From the NCBI GenBank assembly GCA_023231475.1, contig JALJEE010002047.1, positions 60,912 to 80,911 on the forward strand: 20,000 nucleotides of DNA, given 5' to 3'. Positions 1 through 11,376 of the stretch are shown here, in pieces. The notes below the pieces were generated by a model, which was not told the DNA's origin, searched no databases, and saw only the letters and a program-made list of their open reading frames with translations. The stretch's first letter is position 1. The number at the start of each line of letters is the position of its first letter. A program made the position numbers and the translations under genes. The DNA comes from Seison nebaliae. Its lineage: Eukaryota.

Positions 1-38
1 GAAGTGTTCGAGAGAATCTATGAATTATCTTTTTCCAG

Positions 39-1288
39 AATGAATCATTGCGAAAAAGAATGTTTCATCACTTAGCACGTTTGGTCAATGGCGAACAGCA
101 AGCACCAGTTTCCAATAATGGAAAGAAATCCTTCAATTTTCTTGCGAGAAATTCCACTGGCAAGAATTTAATCAATGATCAATCTCATGATAATACTCAA
201 TCGGTTGATCTATCTCATTTACCGATACACGAGCGGGAGCATATTGCGAAAATCTTGCACCAGACCCGCGATACAGTTAATATCAATATAATCAACAAGA
301 ATAATTCGACTGATTCAAAATCATTTCCATTCCGTTTCCCTCAACTCCTCTCCACTAATCCGTTACCAGTCGATCAAATCAAATACAATCAAACGGAAAC
401 AATCACGATAAAACCGTCGTCTTCTTCACTTTCTTCATCCACATCATCATCATCCATTCCATCGGCATCTCTTTCATCTATATCCGTTAATCGTTCCAGT
501 AAATCGGGAAAAGTTTTAGAACCAATACCTGCACAAATCCCATCAACTCGTCAATCGACATCACCGTCAAAGCTCACCACCATCAAACCAACAACGAGAT
601 CATCTTGTAAGAATAGTAAAACTTTGAACAATGTCGCTGATTATGACGTGATTTCACTTCGCGATGACAACGAAACGTTGAACATTATCAAATTGAAGAA
701 ATATTTGGAGAACACGGAAGCGGATGATGTCGATAATAATGAAGTACAATCATTCATTTTAGCTGCACAACTCCAACATGAACAACAGTTACAACAATGG
801 ATGATGCAACATGTTCCCATTTCATCACCCACCAGTCTCATGCAACTACAACAACGACAGAAATATTTAGAAGAACAACAAAAACAAAAGAATTCTGAGG
901 CATCGTTAAACGATTTCCAACAGAGATATGTACGTCGAATGGAACGAATCGAAATGACGAAAAAGAATCAATATTTCTACGAAGAGCCCAGTATCGACGA
1001 AAGTGATCTTCAACAGAATATGGAGAATGCATTGACCATCGACGATATTGATGATATCGATAACGATCATGAAGTTCAACAGTTGTTTAGTGAGCACAAT
1101 CGTGATTCATTTTCAAAAATCCCTCATCACCATCATCAACATCATCATCACCATCATCGTCATCAGATGAATCGGCCCAACATATCGACCACCTTAAACA
1201 ATTCCACCATCTGTCCTAATCTTTATCGAACGACCAATACTATAAAAACTGATAATAATCGTTATGTTCATGATGAGTATAATCGAAA
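39..1288 (+). CDS. First visible exon of a large PDZ-containing scaffold gene (Piccolo/RIM/Clarinet-like); contains an N-terminal RIM/Slp-type helix followed by Ser/Gln/His-rich sequence
   Basis: The 441-codon ORF is preceded by acceptor ttttccAG (37-38) in phase 0, with an in-frame TGA at 21-23 and the first ATG at 60. Motif DLSHLPIHEREHIAKILHQ lies at 207-263. Candidate phase-2 donors are at 1289 (GTTTTC) or 1277, after which the ORF runs into T-rich intron-like sequence. Confidence 0.75.
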
Positions 1289-1335
1289 GTTTTCATTCTT
1301 CCCATCATTATCATATTTTATGAATTTTTTTCCAG

Positions 1336-1602
1336 TTCTTATTTACCGTCGAAAGTATTACCGATTCAATTAACGGAGAAACCTGCTCAAGTTCGTTCAT
1401 TTACCATTTTAGAGATTTTCATCTCCTCTCAGTCTAGTAGTGGATATGGAAATAATGAAAATCGTCGAAGGAATGCGGTTCGTTGAGATATTTCTTCACG
1501 TTCTCCTTCATCTTCATTAGTAGAGGCGTTATATCGTAGAACAGAAGGCGGCACATTTGTCGCCATATGTTTTTAGAGATCTCCATTTTCATAAGAGACA
1601 CA
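1336..1602 (+). CDS. Three small predicted exons (1336-1390, 1433-1477, 1524-1602) linking exon 1 to the downstream exons
   Basis: Acceptors ttttttccAG (1334-35), ctctcAG (1431-32) and tagtAG (1522-23); donors GTTCGT (1391, 1478) and GTAAAT (1603). Phases 2,0,0,1 chain without stops (SYLPSKVLPIQLTEKPAQ / SSSGYGNNENRRRNA / RRYIVEQKAAHLSPY...), and the final phase 1 matches the acceptor at 6562. There is no homology support. Confidence 0.4.
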
Positions 1603-4201
1603 GTAAATCATTATTATTATTAGCAAACATTTCTCCGATGGTTACCTCGAATTTAATTCATTAATATTGATTTTTCTATTTCATATGACACGACAGCGAA
1701 CAAACATGAGAATCATACAATTAAAAGGTCTAGTTTTCTTCTATTTATTCTGATATTGCATCATTAGTAGGAACATTAAGAAAATGTCCTTTCCATTCAT
1801 CTTCCTCTTTTTCTGGAACAAGGAGCTTACGCAAACAACTCCTCCTTCCCATCATCGACATGTGAGTAGAAGAATTGTAGAAAAAAAAGATTTGTTAAGA
1901 ACAAGAAGAACGATTGCGAAATGAATCGCAAAAAAACAAAAATTAGATGAAGCAACTGAATGATTGACTGACAATTGGAGTTCCATTTCTCAATCGTCGG
2001 CAGCAATTCTTTTATATGTACGAATCTTTTCATTCATTGTGGAAGATACTTCAGCTACATCTTATTCAGCATAAAGTATATATAGTCAACCTCCTCAAAA
2101 CGATCGATAGTCGATACTTTATTTCCCTACAATATTTCCTTAATAAAAAATAATTCCATTACCTAATCGTCAATTTTTCATCAGTCTCACTATTATCACT
2201 TTCTCGAAATATTTTCTTCGCTGTGGTTTCATATATTCAAGTATTCATGTTTGGGCACATTATTCCCCACTTTTCCAGTTTTCTTTCCGAAATCTATTTT
2301 AGTACTTTTTCTTCGTTTTTACTTTTCGATTTTATAAAATGAATATTTTTATTGTCCTTCTATAAAAGAAGTTCTTCCTCTGTTCTTCATTTCTATACTA
2401 ATCTTCATTTCTGAGATAATCTTCTGGGATAGTCATTTTTTGGGATTTTGTTCGTTTTTCCGTTGAAGGTTGTTACTAATTAACTTCCCACATGTTTAAA
2501 GACTATAATCTCTGCGTTATTAGAAAAGTGTGTAGGTGAGACGATAAACGATTACTACGAATCATGAACGTATTGTTTTACAACGGAAATAGTTCAATTC
2601 TCATATTAGGAAAATGCAACACAAATTGTGTAATCTTCTCAATGTTAGTTGGAAAGACTGCCAATATGTTTCTATTTTCTAGTTCGAGTTGCCTTTAGCG
2701 ATACGGTCAATTTAAACATTTATCTTATTGTCATTATCATAATCGTGTTTAAAAGTTTTAATAAATGATGATCATCACGATAATCGAATGATAAACAAAA
2801 TGTATTTATTTTGGAAATTTTTAAAAATTAATTTTTTTTAATTGAAAACCCCACAACCCCACTGAAAATCCTTGTTAAAGTTATTTAGTTGAAACTACTC
2901 ACATCATCGTCTTTAAAGTAACTAAATTTGAACTGACGAAAGTAAAATCTAACAAAGATGTGAGAGAAAACTTGTTCGAAGGAAGGTTAATATGTTGGCA
3001 CATTTTCTGTAACTTCTATTGTTAGATGTATTAATGGACAATTTCCATTTTCTAATGGAAATTTAGTAGAACACGAATAATAATAGAAATTACAAATGGT
3101 AACAATTTCATTAATGTTAACTAATGTTTTCGTTCTAATACAAAAAATCGACGAAAAAATATACAAGTATTAAAGGAGAAGGAGTATATGGATGAATAGT
3201 CTTCTCTGTCATAAGCTGAAGAGAAGGAGTTTTCTTATTCGAAAAGAAACTGAAAAGAAATATTTCTTATTTATTTCCTTTAAAAAATTTCTCTTTAGCT
3301 AATCTCGTCGGATTTATGGAGAATGCACATACATTATGCATAATCAACTTTTCAATATATTCATTCGAATCTGTAGATTTCTACTTTTCATAATTTCGAT
3401 CTTTGTTTTTTTATTCGAGTCAAAATTCCAATATCCAAGTTAACAGATAGGTGAACAGTAGAACATTAGAATTATTAGTAAATAATATTTGAGACTGAAA
3501 TTATTTGATTGAAATTGAAGAAATTGAAATGTTGCAGGAAAATATCGAAAAAGATAAAATTCGTTAAAATAAAAAGATAAAAAAATATCTCGTTTTTAGA
3601 AGCGTGGATAAATATTTCATGCTTTCTATTCAACGTTAATATGATACGACATCGTATTTGTTGAAGTTGAAATATTGTGAATATGAATTATACATAGGAT
3701 TGTAGGAAAATAACCGAAGGTAATTCTGGTGTACGGGAATGAGGTCAATTTAACCAAAACTTTTCATTTTAGAATAGCCAACAAGATATATAGAAAGGAG
3801 AGATGGGATGGATATATGGAAATTTATCAAATTTCACCTCTTCCACTTGTCAAATGAGGTATGGTGGGGAAGTTGGATGAAATTTTAATTTAATTCTCTT
3901 CTAGGTTGATTGGCGTGTTTGAGGACATCATTTTATAACTTTTTCTCAAAATTGGAAAAATCGGATTCGAAGACATTCTTTTTTCATACATACTCTAAAG
4001 GGAAAAATGAGCGAGAGAGAGAGAGAGAAATAGATAAAGATTTTTTCTTATGTAAAGAACAATAAGGATAGAAAACAATTAAGTCAGTTTCCATAATATG
4101 AAGTCAACAGTTAGACATAAAACGGTATTGTGGTAATATAAAAAAAGTATTTTGAAATGAAATATTATGATTTTGAATGTAGATTTTGCATAGAGCTCTG
4201 C

Positions 4202-4279
4202 GATAAAACAGCCACCAGACAAAATAGCCACGAGACAAAACAGCTATGGACAAAACAGCTAGGGACAACAATACGGTGG
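4202..4279 (+). repeat. Degenerate tandem array of about 15-16 bp units GACAAAAYAGCYA (4 copies plus a partial), probable DNA-transposon/MITE terminal remnant
   Basis: Units at 4202 (gataaaacagccacca), 4218 (gacaaaatagccacga), 4234 (gacaaaacagctatg), 4249 (gacaaaacagctagg) and a partial at 4264. Confidence 0.75.
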
Positions 4280-5410
4280 GAAAGAAAAGAAATATAGTTA
4301 AAAATTAATTTTTCTAATATTTCATTATAAATATATATAAATTATTTTATTCGAACTAACAAAAATAATTTTTAATCCCTAACCGTGGATTTCCTATTTT
4401 GACAACTACCTGGATTGTTTTCTGTCCTTATCGTTCTTTGCATAAGAAAAGAAAACTCCTTATCTATTTCTCTCTCTCTTTCACTCAATAGAAAGGATTC
4501 TAAAAAAGTATGTATAAAAAGGGTGCCCTCGAATCCGATTTTTCCAATTTTGAGAAAAAAATATAAAAGAATGTCGTTGAGTCCTAGATTTCCTGGGTCA
4601 TATTTTTTCTATTAATTCCAATTTGATGCATAAGTTAAATTAATTAATAATTGGTATGATGTAGAGTGGAGGAAAAGATATATAAGATTGTGTCATATGT
4701 CTCTTCTATGCGATGAGATGGGAGTGAGGTGTACGTCGATGTGAGATGGATGATATACGTATGAATATGGAAGAATTTTGGTGCATTTGTTTAGTTGATA
4801 AGTTTATTTAAATTTTATATATTGTGCGATAAAATTGGTAGAATAATAAAGAAATATGTTTTGATGGTATTCGTGTGATAAATAATAATTTATAAATAAA
4901 AGAGAGAGAGAGAAAGAGAGAAAGTAGCTAAGAACATAATGAAATATTAGCACGCGCTTACCAATATGTCTAGTGAGCTAAACAGACTTTAATTCATGTC
5001 TATGCAATTCTTCTCTATTCGTCGTCATTTTCTTTCCTTTGTTCATATGGCGCCCGTCATTCCTACACATATAGAGCAAATGCTCTTCCATCTACTTCCA
5101 GTGGCAATAGTAGATTTCGTCATTCTGCCATTTACCATTTTTCCTTTCGCCGATGCACTCTCCATTTCGCCGTTTGCTTCATACGAATATTCGTCGTCAG
5201 TTCGACTCATAGAACGTGAAAGTAATAGTAACGAGACAATTTTTAACTCTCTTCTGTTTGTGATGGCTACCATACTCCCTAGTGTACTCGATATGTAATC
5301 GGTTGAAGGTAGTTCAGGTAGATGTGAAATAAAGATAACATATTGTTCCGTTGGAATTCAATCACAATCTGAGATATCCCAATAGGACTGGTTTGAAAAG
5401 ATTATGTGTC

Positions 5411-5414
<4 letters not shown>

Positions 5415-5440
<26 letters not shown>
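5415..5440. repeat. (TG)13 microsatellite
   Basis: Perfect TG run read directly from the sequence. Confidence 0.95.
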
Positions 5441-5445
<5 letters not shown>

Positions 5446-6562
5446 CAGTGTTTGTGTGCTTTTGTGTGTTGTTCATTCTTTCAATATTATTCGTTTTTCC
5501 TCCTCGAATCATCATTCATCATGATAATAATAATCATTATTTATTATTACTATTATTATAGTTCTATTGAGAATTCGTTATTTCAATAACCTTTCCTTTC
5601 TCTTCTCCATCCTTCTCCCCTCTCATTACAATGATGAATTTCAATTATATTCAACTCAAAATTCCTACTTTCGTTCCTACTAAATATAATTTAATGCTCT
5701 TCATCAGATCTGTTATTACTAGAAATATCATGAAAAGATCAATAATTCCTTTTATTCTATAAACCTTCCTTCTGTCTTTTTTACCTTTATTTACAAATAC
5801 TTCATTTCGGATAATTCAAAACTTTTCCTCCCATCAACCATATAATTCCATTTGTCAAAATTTTTCGTAATGGACAACATGCAATCTATTTGTACTAGTC
5901 ATTGAAACTATTATCAGAAAATTGGAAGAGAAATATTTCATTCTTTGTAACAACTCCATAAATTCTTCACGTATTATGGAATGAGAGAAACATTCCGAAT
6001 GTTTTTTCATCGAAAACTTTGAGTGTAAATATTTAATACAATCTTTTTTTTAATATATTCTCCCCTTAATTCAATTAGAGGTTTAGCGCATCTTCGAATG
6101 CACTTATTAGTTACCGCTCAAATTGTATTCTCAATTGATTTGAATTGATAATTTTCGAATTATTTCTTATTAAAAATTATTATTCCAATGATATATTCTG
6201 GTGATGAAGTCATTTAATGATAATTTAACGAATGTCGATATACATTAAAGTGTTTAATTGAAATGAAGAGAATGAGGAAAAATTGAAATGAAAATTTTAA
6301 GTAAGAAAAATATTACGAATTATTTGGAGAGAGTGTTCGGAATGTTCTAGGAAGACAATAATTAATCTGTTTAAAAGGAAAATTTGCAAGAGAGGAATAT
6401 GTCGATGGTTGTGAGTGATTTGACGTTATCATTGTAGAAGAAAGTGGATGTGAAAGAGAGGAAGATGGAATTGTCTCATATTTCATCGATTCATTAAATG
6501 AATTTCATTTAAAGAGATTTCTTGATTTGTTTCCATTTTTCATGTAATTCAATTTTTTTTAG

Positions 6563-7968
6563 ATGATCGTGCATCATTCTACGAATTGTCAAAAGATGCT
6601 GAACATTATCATTTATTAGTAAAAGAGAGCGATGTTCCATCTGCTGTACCAATTGATCTGAGATGTGTACAATCGAAGGTGACGCAATTCATACGCGGTA
6701 TGCCTCATATGCCAAATCGAACAACGTTATTATACACAGACTCAAAAGACGAAGATGGAAAGAAGCAAACAGATTTATGTTCATCAGTCAGGAACATGAA
6801 TCAGCAAGAGCAACTCCAATACCTCCAGAAGAGGATAAGGAAAGACGGACAAGAGAAGCAGCAGGAGAAAGATGTGGAGATGGAGAAAGAAGGAGGAAAG
6901 GATCAATATGGGAAACGGCAGAGAATAGAGGATGCGGAACGGGACGAGTATTATCGCCACTATCTGCGTCAGCGAACATCGCCAACAGTGACAATAGAAG
7001 ATGAGTATGGTGGCAGACAACGTCGACAATTAGAGAATTCTCATGATATGCAATTGAAGCAGTCATGCATAAGTGTCAAATATTTTGACTCAATTATGAT
7101 TGATGAGCATATATTCGATGATGCTGACGATGAATATTTGGATGATGACGACGAATGTTTTTCTTCAGGAGAAATCAAATCCTATATGCAGAATCTCGCC
7201 GTTTCTCTCGTTGGGAATAAGGACGAGGACAAGAAGGAGAATGATGAAGATGAAAAAGAAGAAGAAGATGATGATGAGGATAATAAATCACAATCAAGCA
7301 CAATAAATAATAATAATGATGATGATAATGTTGTTGTTGTTGTTGTTGATGATGAGGATAATGGTAATGAGAATAAGGACGATGTAGAAACGAAGAAGAA
7401 GAATGAAAAAAATGATGAAGTTGTCGACGACGAGAAGACCATTGGAGAAGAGAGAGAGATAATTGATGAGAAAATAACTGAAGACATTTCCACCATCATC
7501 AACAACGATGAAGGAGAGTTTGATGTTAAATTGAGTAGTAATGCAGTACGATTACTGGAAGATAAGCTGAATGAAGATGATGAAAGAATAGAAGGAACGT
7601 CCCCAACCATAACGACGACGACAACGACAATAACAACGAATGACGAGAAGGAATTGGAGAAAGATGAATATGAAAATAATCTGTTTGATACGGACGATGG
7701 TGATGATGTTGTTGTTGTCGTTGGCAGTGTTGTCTCACCGAATGATAAAGAGGACGAGGAGAATGATTTAATTAAAGACGAACAAAATCAAAATAGGAAG
7801 GAAATATTTGATGGAGAGACAAATGAGTTTTTGAAAGAATGTAAAGGAAGTTCATCAACTAATGAATCATCATCAGAAGATGAGAAGTATTCGTATGACA
7901 ATTCTTCAATTGACGACTATTTTTATGAAGATGATAATCGATCGAAAATGTTTGAAATGATGTCATCG
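6563..7968 (+). CDS. Large internal exon, highly acidic (Asp/Glu-rich) low-complexity region
   Basis: ORF 6586..8001 extends back in frame to acceptor ttttttttAG (6561-62, phase 1). The phase-0 donor TCG|GTTAAT at 7969 is followed by a pyrimidine-rich 76-nt intron. Confidence 0.8.
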
Positions 7969-8044
7969 GTTAATTCTTCTTTCTTCTCTCCAACTTTTTA
8001 ATTCTCTTCTAATAAAACCTTCCTACATTTCCACAATTTTTCAG

Positions 8045-8857
8045 GAAATGGAATTCGAGATAAGTGAAAGACGAGTTAAACAAATGTTCAGTAATCAGAA
8101 TAAATGGAATCATAGTGATGGGAAGAATAATGGGAAGCATGATAATAAAGATATTTCAATGAGTAATTGTGGTGGTGGTGGATTGGTGCCAAGAACTGCC
8201 AGTTTTCGAGATTTAAATAAATTGAATAATTGGTCGGATGATATGCAACGAAACAATGAGAATATTGATGATGACCATGATGATCATGTTGATGATGAAC
8301 ATGACGATCATGATATAAATGATATGATGCATTCTTATCATCTTGATCATCATCATCATCAATTCCTTCATCAGAATGAGAAGAAGAATTATCAATCGAA
8401 AGGTATAAACGGAATGAAATTGACTAGTCCAATGGAACATCTGAACAATAATAATTTGTCATCATATAAATTAAAACATTCGGGAGAACAATTCTTCAAT
8501 TCCAATCGACCACCATCTCAACAGAACAACAAAAAAATGAGTAACGAATCACCACCTTCTCCATATTTCTCTACTGATAATTCGATGAGAGTTCAAAGTG
8601 ATCATTCGAAAGAAATGTATGGAATTATTCACGATATCATCGACAAAGACTTCTCCGGTAAAAATGACGATTCTTCATCATCATTCCAATTAGATCCATC
8701 TCCATCATCATCATCTACTTTTCTGCCATCTCTCCAACCCTTAACAACGACCAGTACCACTACCATCACAACGACCATATCAACGATGATCAATAGTGGA
8801 GAAGGAGCGTTAGACAAACCGTTTCTATTGTCGGATGAATGTCAAGCGAAAATTTCA
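8045..8857 (+). CDS. Internal exon (Asn/His/Asp/Ser/Thr-rich)
   Basis: Acceptor tttttcAG (8043-44) is phase 0 and in frame with ORF 8048..8863. The phase-0 donor TCA|GTTTAG at 8858 lies just before that ORF's stop; the intron is 73 nt. Confidence 0.8.
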
Positions 8858-8930
8858 GTTTAGTCTTTATCTTCTTCATTCTCTTTATCATTCTATTATA
8901 TTTTCTTTTTCACCATCATTCCCTTCACAG

Positions 8931-11376
8931 AATGACAATTCGATGAATTATGTTTCGGTAGTTAGTTTATCTCACGTGTTCGGCAATACATCCAATCGTC
9001 GTAATGTAAATACTCCGATAAATAATTTATCAGCTGCTTCTACATCGCTCCATCCATTCTCATCATCATCATCATCATCAACATCTAAATCGAACGACGA
9101 TCGTCGATCAAGTCCGTCTACTCATCAGTCGGAAATTTTGAAAATGGCAAAAGAGATCTGTACCATTCTTCCAACATACGAAGAATTCAACAATAGTGAC
9201 GACACATCAACTGATACGACAACTGTCACTATTACACCAACTTCAACACAAAATATTCAGACAACCATTTCATCATCATCATCATCAACAACAACAAAAA
9301 CAATCATCACCACAACAACAACAACAACGACCACTACAAATATGATAACATCTAAAAATTTGGAAAAGAGAATGAATAAAAATTCTTCCAATTTAAAATC
9401 ATCATCAATTCCAGCCATAATCTCTTACTCATCATCATCATCAGCATCATCTACCACAACAACAACAACAACAACAACAACATCTCCACTAATAATTACA
9501 ACGAAACTACCATCACCATCACCGTCATCATTAAATCAAATGAACACCACGAGTCTTCTTCCTTATTTTACAACGAATAATCAAATCATCAATACATTTG
9601 GAGGAGAGAATAACAACAAGATTACATCAATTAATTTACCATCTTCCACGATACTTCCATTAACTAATTTGGTTACGAGTAACGGATTTATCAAACAAAC
9701 GTCAGACAATTTTAATGGTCGTCCAAGTCGACCGTCGAAGAATCATCTGACTCATATCAGGAACAACAATCATTATTCATTATTATTGAGACAACAATCA
9801 CTCAATGTTCCGTTATCTGAATCGACGTCATCTATCTCTTTATCTTCACTCTCTTCCTCGCCCTCATCTTCCGCCCCAACCAACAAGAAGAACTTTCATT
9901 TATTACAACCATCCAAGTCAAATGTCGCTAATTCAGCTATTCTCAATGCGAGTAAACGACGTAGGAAATCATTATTGCTCTCGTGGGAAACATCGAAATT
10001 AGCTAAATTGAAACAGATAATGGAGAAGGAGAAGCAACTCTACTCGTCACTTTATGTGAAAACAAAAGAATTGTTAAAGAAGGAAAATTCTCAACACCCG
10101 CCACCCGACCATTATGGAGAGATGCATATGAACAACAGTTTGACATTCGCTGCTAAACAATTGACAACATCTACCGATAATCCTCATTCTTCATCCATCA
10201 ATCTCTCCAACGTCTCAAATGACGATGCCGCCTACCACACTTATCATAGCGCCATCATTAGTCTCAATCGTAATCGACGTGTTGTACGTCCCATTCCCTT
10301 CTCCGATGATAATATTGAAACATCTACCTCTTCCTTAATCCTTCATAATGTCGAACATCGTCGACCCGTCAAAATGAAGGAACTCTTAAGTCAAGATAAA
10401 TTGACAAAATTGGAACAAAACAACAAATTGTTACGGGAGGCAGAATTGGACGTGAATCTGTTCGAATGGCACGGTGCCATCAAAGAACATATCTCTTTAT
10501 TGCGCAAGAAGAAGAACGTCAATTATTCCAAACAATTATTTAAACGTTCCATTCTTCAACGTATCCTCAAATGTCCCATACATAGTCGAGCGTTCCGTCT
10601 TATGGATTATCAGATGGTCAAACAGACATCTCAAGTAAATCGATCACTCTCATTAACACAAATGTTCCAATCGAAAAATAAATCTTTGATCTCTTCTTCC
10701 AACCAACAACAACAACAACGTTCAATCAAAAAACCACATTCAGTTTCGATGATGTCATTAACCGATACGTCGTTGCCATCACTCATTAATCCAAAACATT
10801 TGAATTGTTCTTGTAATTATAACAAATCGAATTATTCGTCAGTTCAACTACTTTTATACGGACGGGAATTATTGAATAAAAATAAATCGACCAATCTTTT
10901 GTTGAAAAAGATGCCGTCGATGCACACCGTCCGCCACAAGGATTCCCTTTCTTCCAATCAACATCTGATCTCCGTTCAATGTTCACTTAATACCAAATTG
11001 AATTTGGAACTCGATCAGTTATTTTCGGTCGAGAATGTTTATCAGAACATCGTTCGGAATCCCGATAAATTAACGAATGAAACGAACGACATTATTAATG
11101 CGATTATCAATCCATCCACACACCATGATGAGAAAGGAATTATTCAAAAAATTATCAATTTCCAAAAGAAATGTAAAGAGAATAATCGGAATGACAAGTT
11201 CAAAATGATCGATACGTTAAACTCGAGTCTGTCGTGGAGCAGTGGAAAACGACGACAGATGAAAAAAAGATTAAAACGAAGACGTAAGCGAAAACGTAAT
11301 AATCCAATGAATTATGATTATCACTTATCAAAATACGACAGTAGCGATAGCAATGTGGAGGAGAACAGTCATGCAG
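8931..11376 (+). CDS. Large internal exon: Ser/Thr-rich first half, basic and more complex second half
   Basis: Acceptor cccttcacAG (8929-30) is phase 0 and in frame with ORF 8835..11399. The phase-1 donor GCAG|GTTCAA at 11377 lies 20 nt before the ORF stop codon. Confidence 0.8.

Noticed and set aside
1780..1960. Possible extra exon (ELTQTTPPSHHRHVSRR...)
   Set aside because: No clear acceptor with compatible phase and the frame closes quickly; cannot be supported without transcripts.
5404..5589. 61-aa Cys/Val-rich ORF
   Set aside because: Translation of (TG)n and (ATT)n microsatellites.
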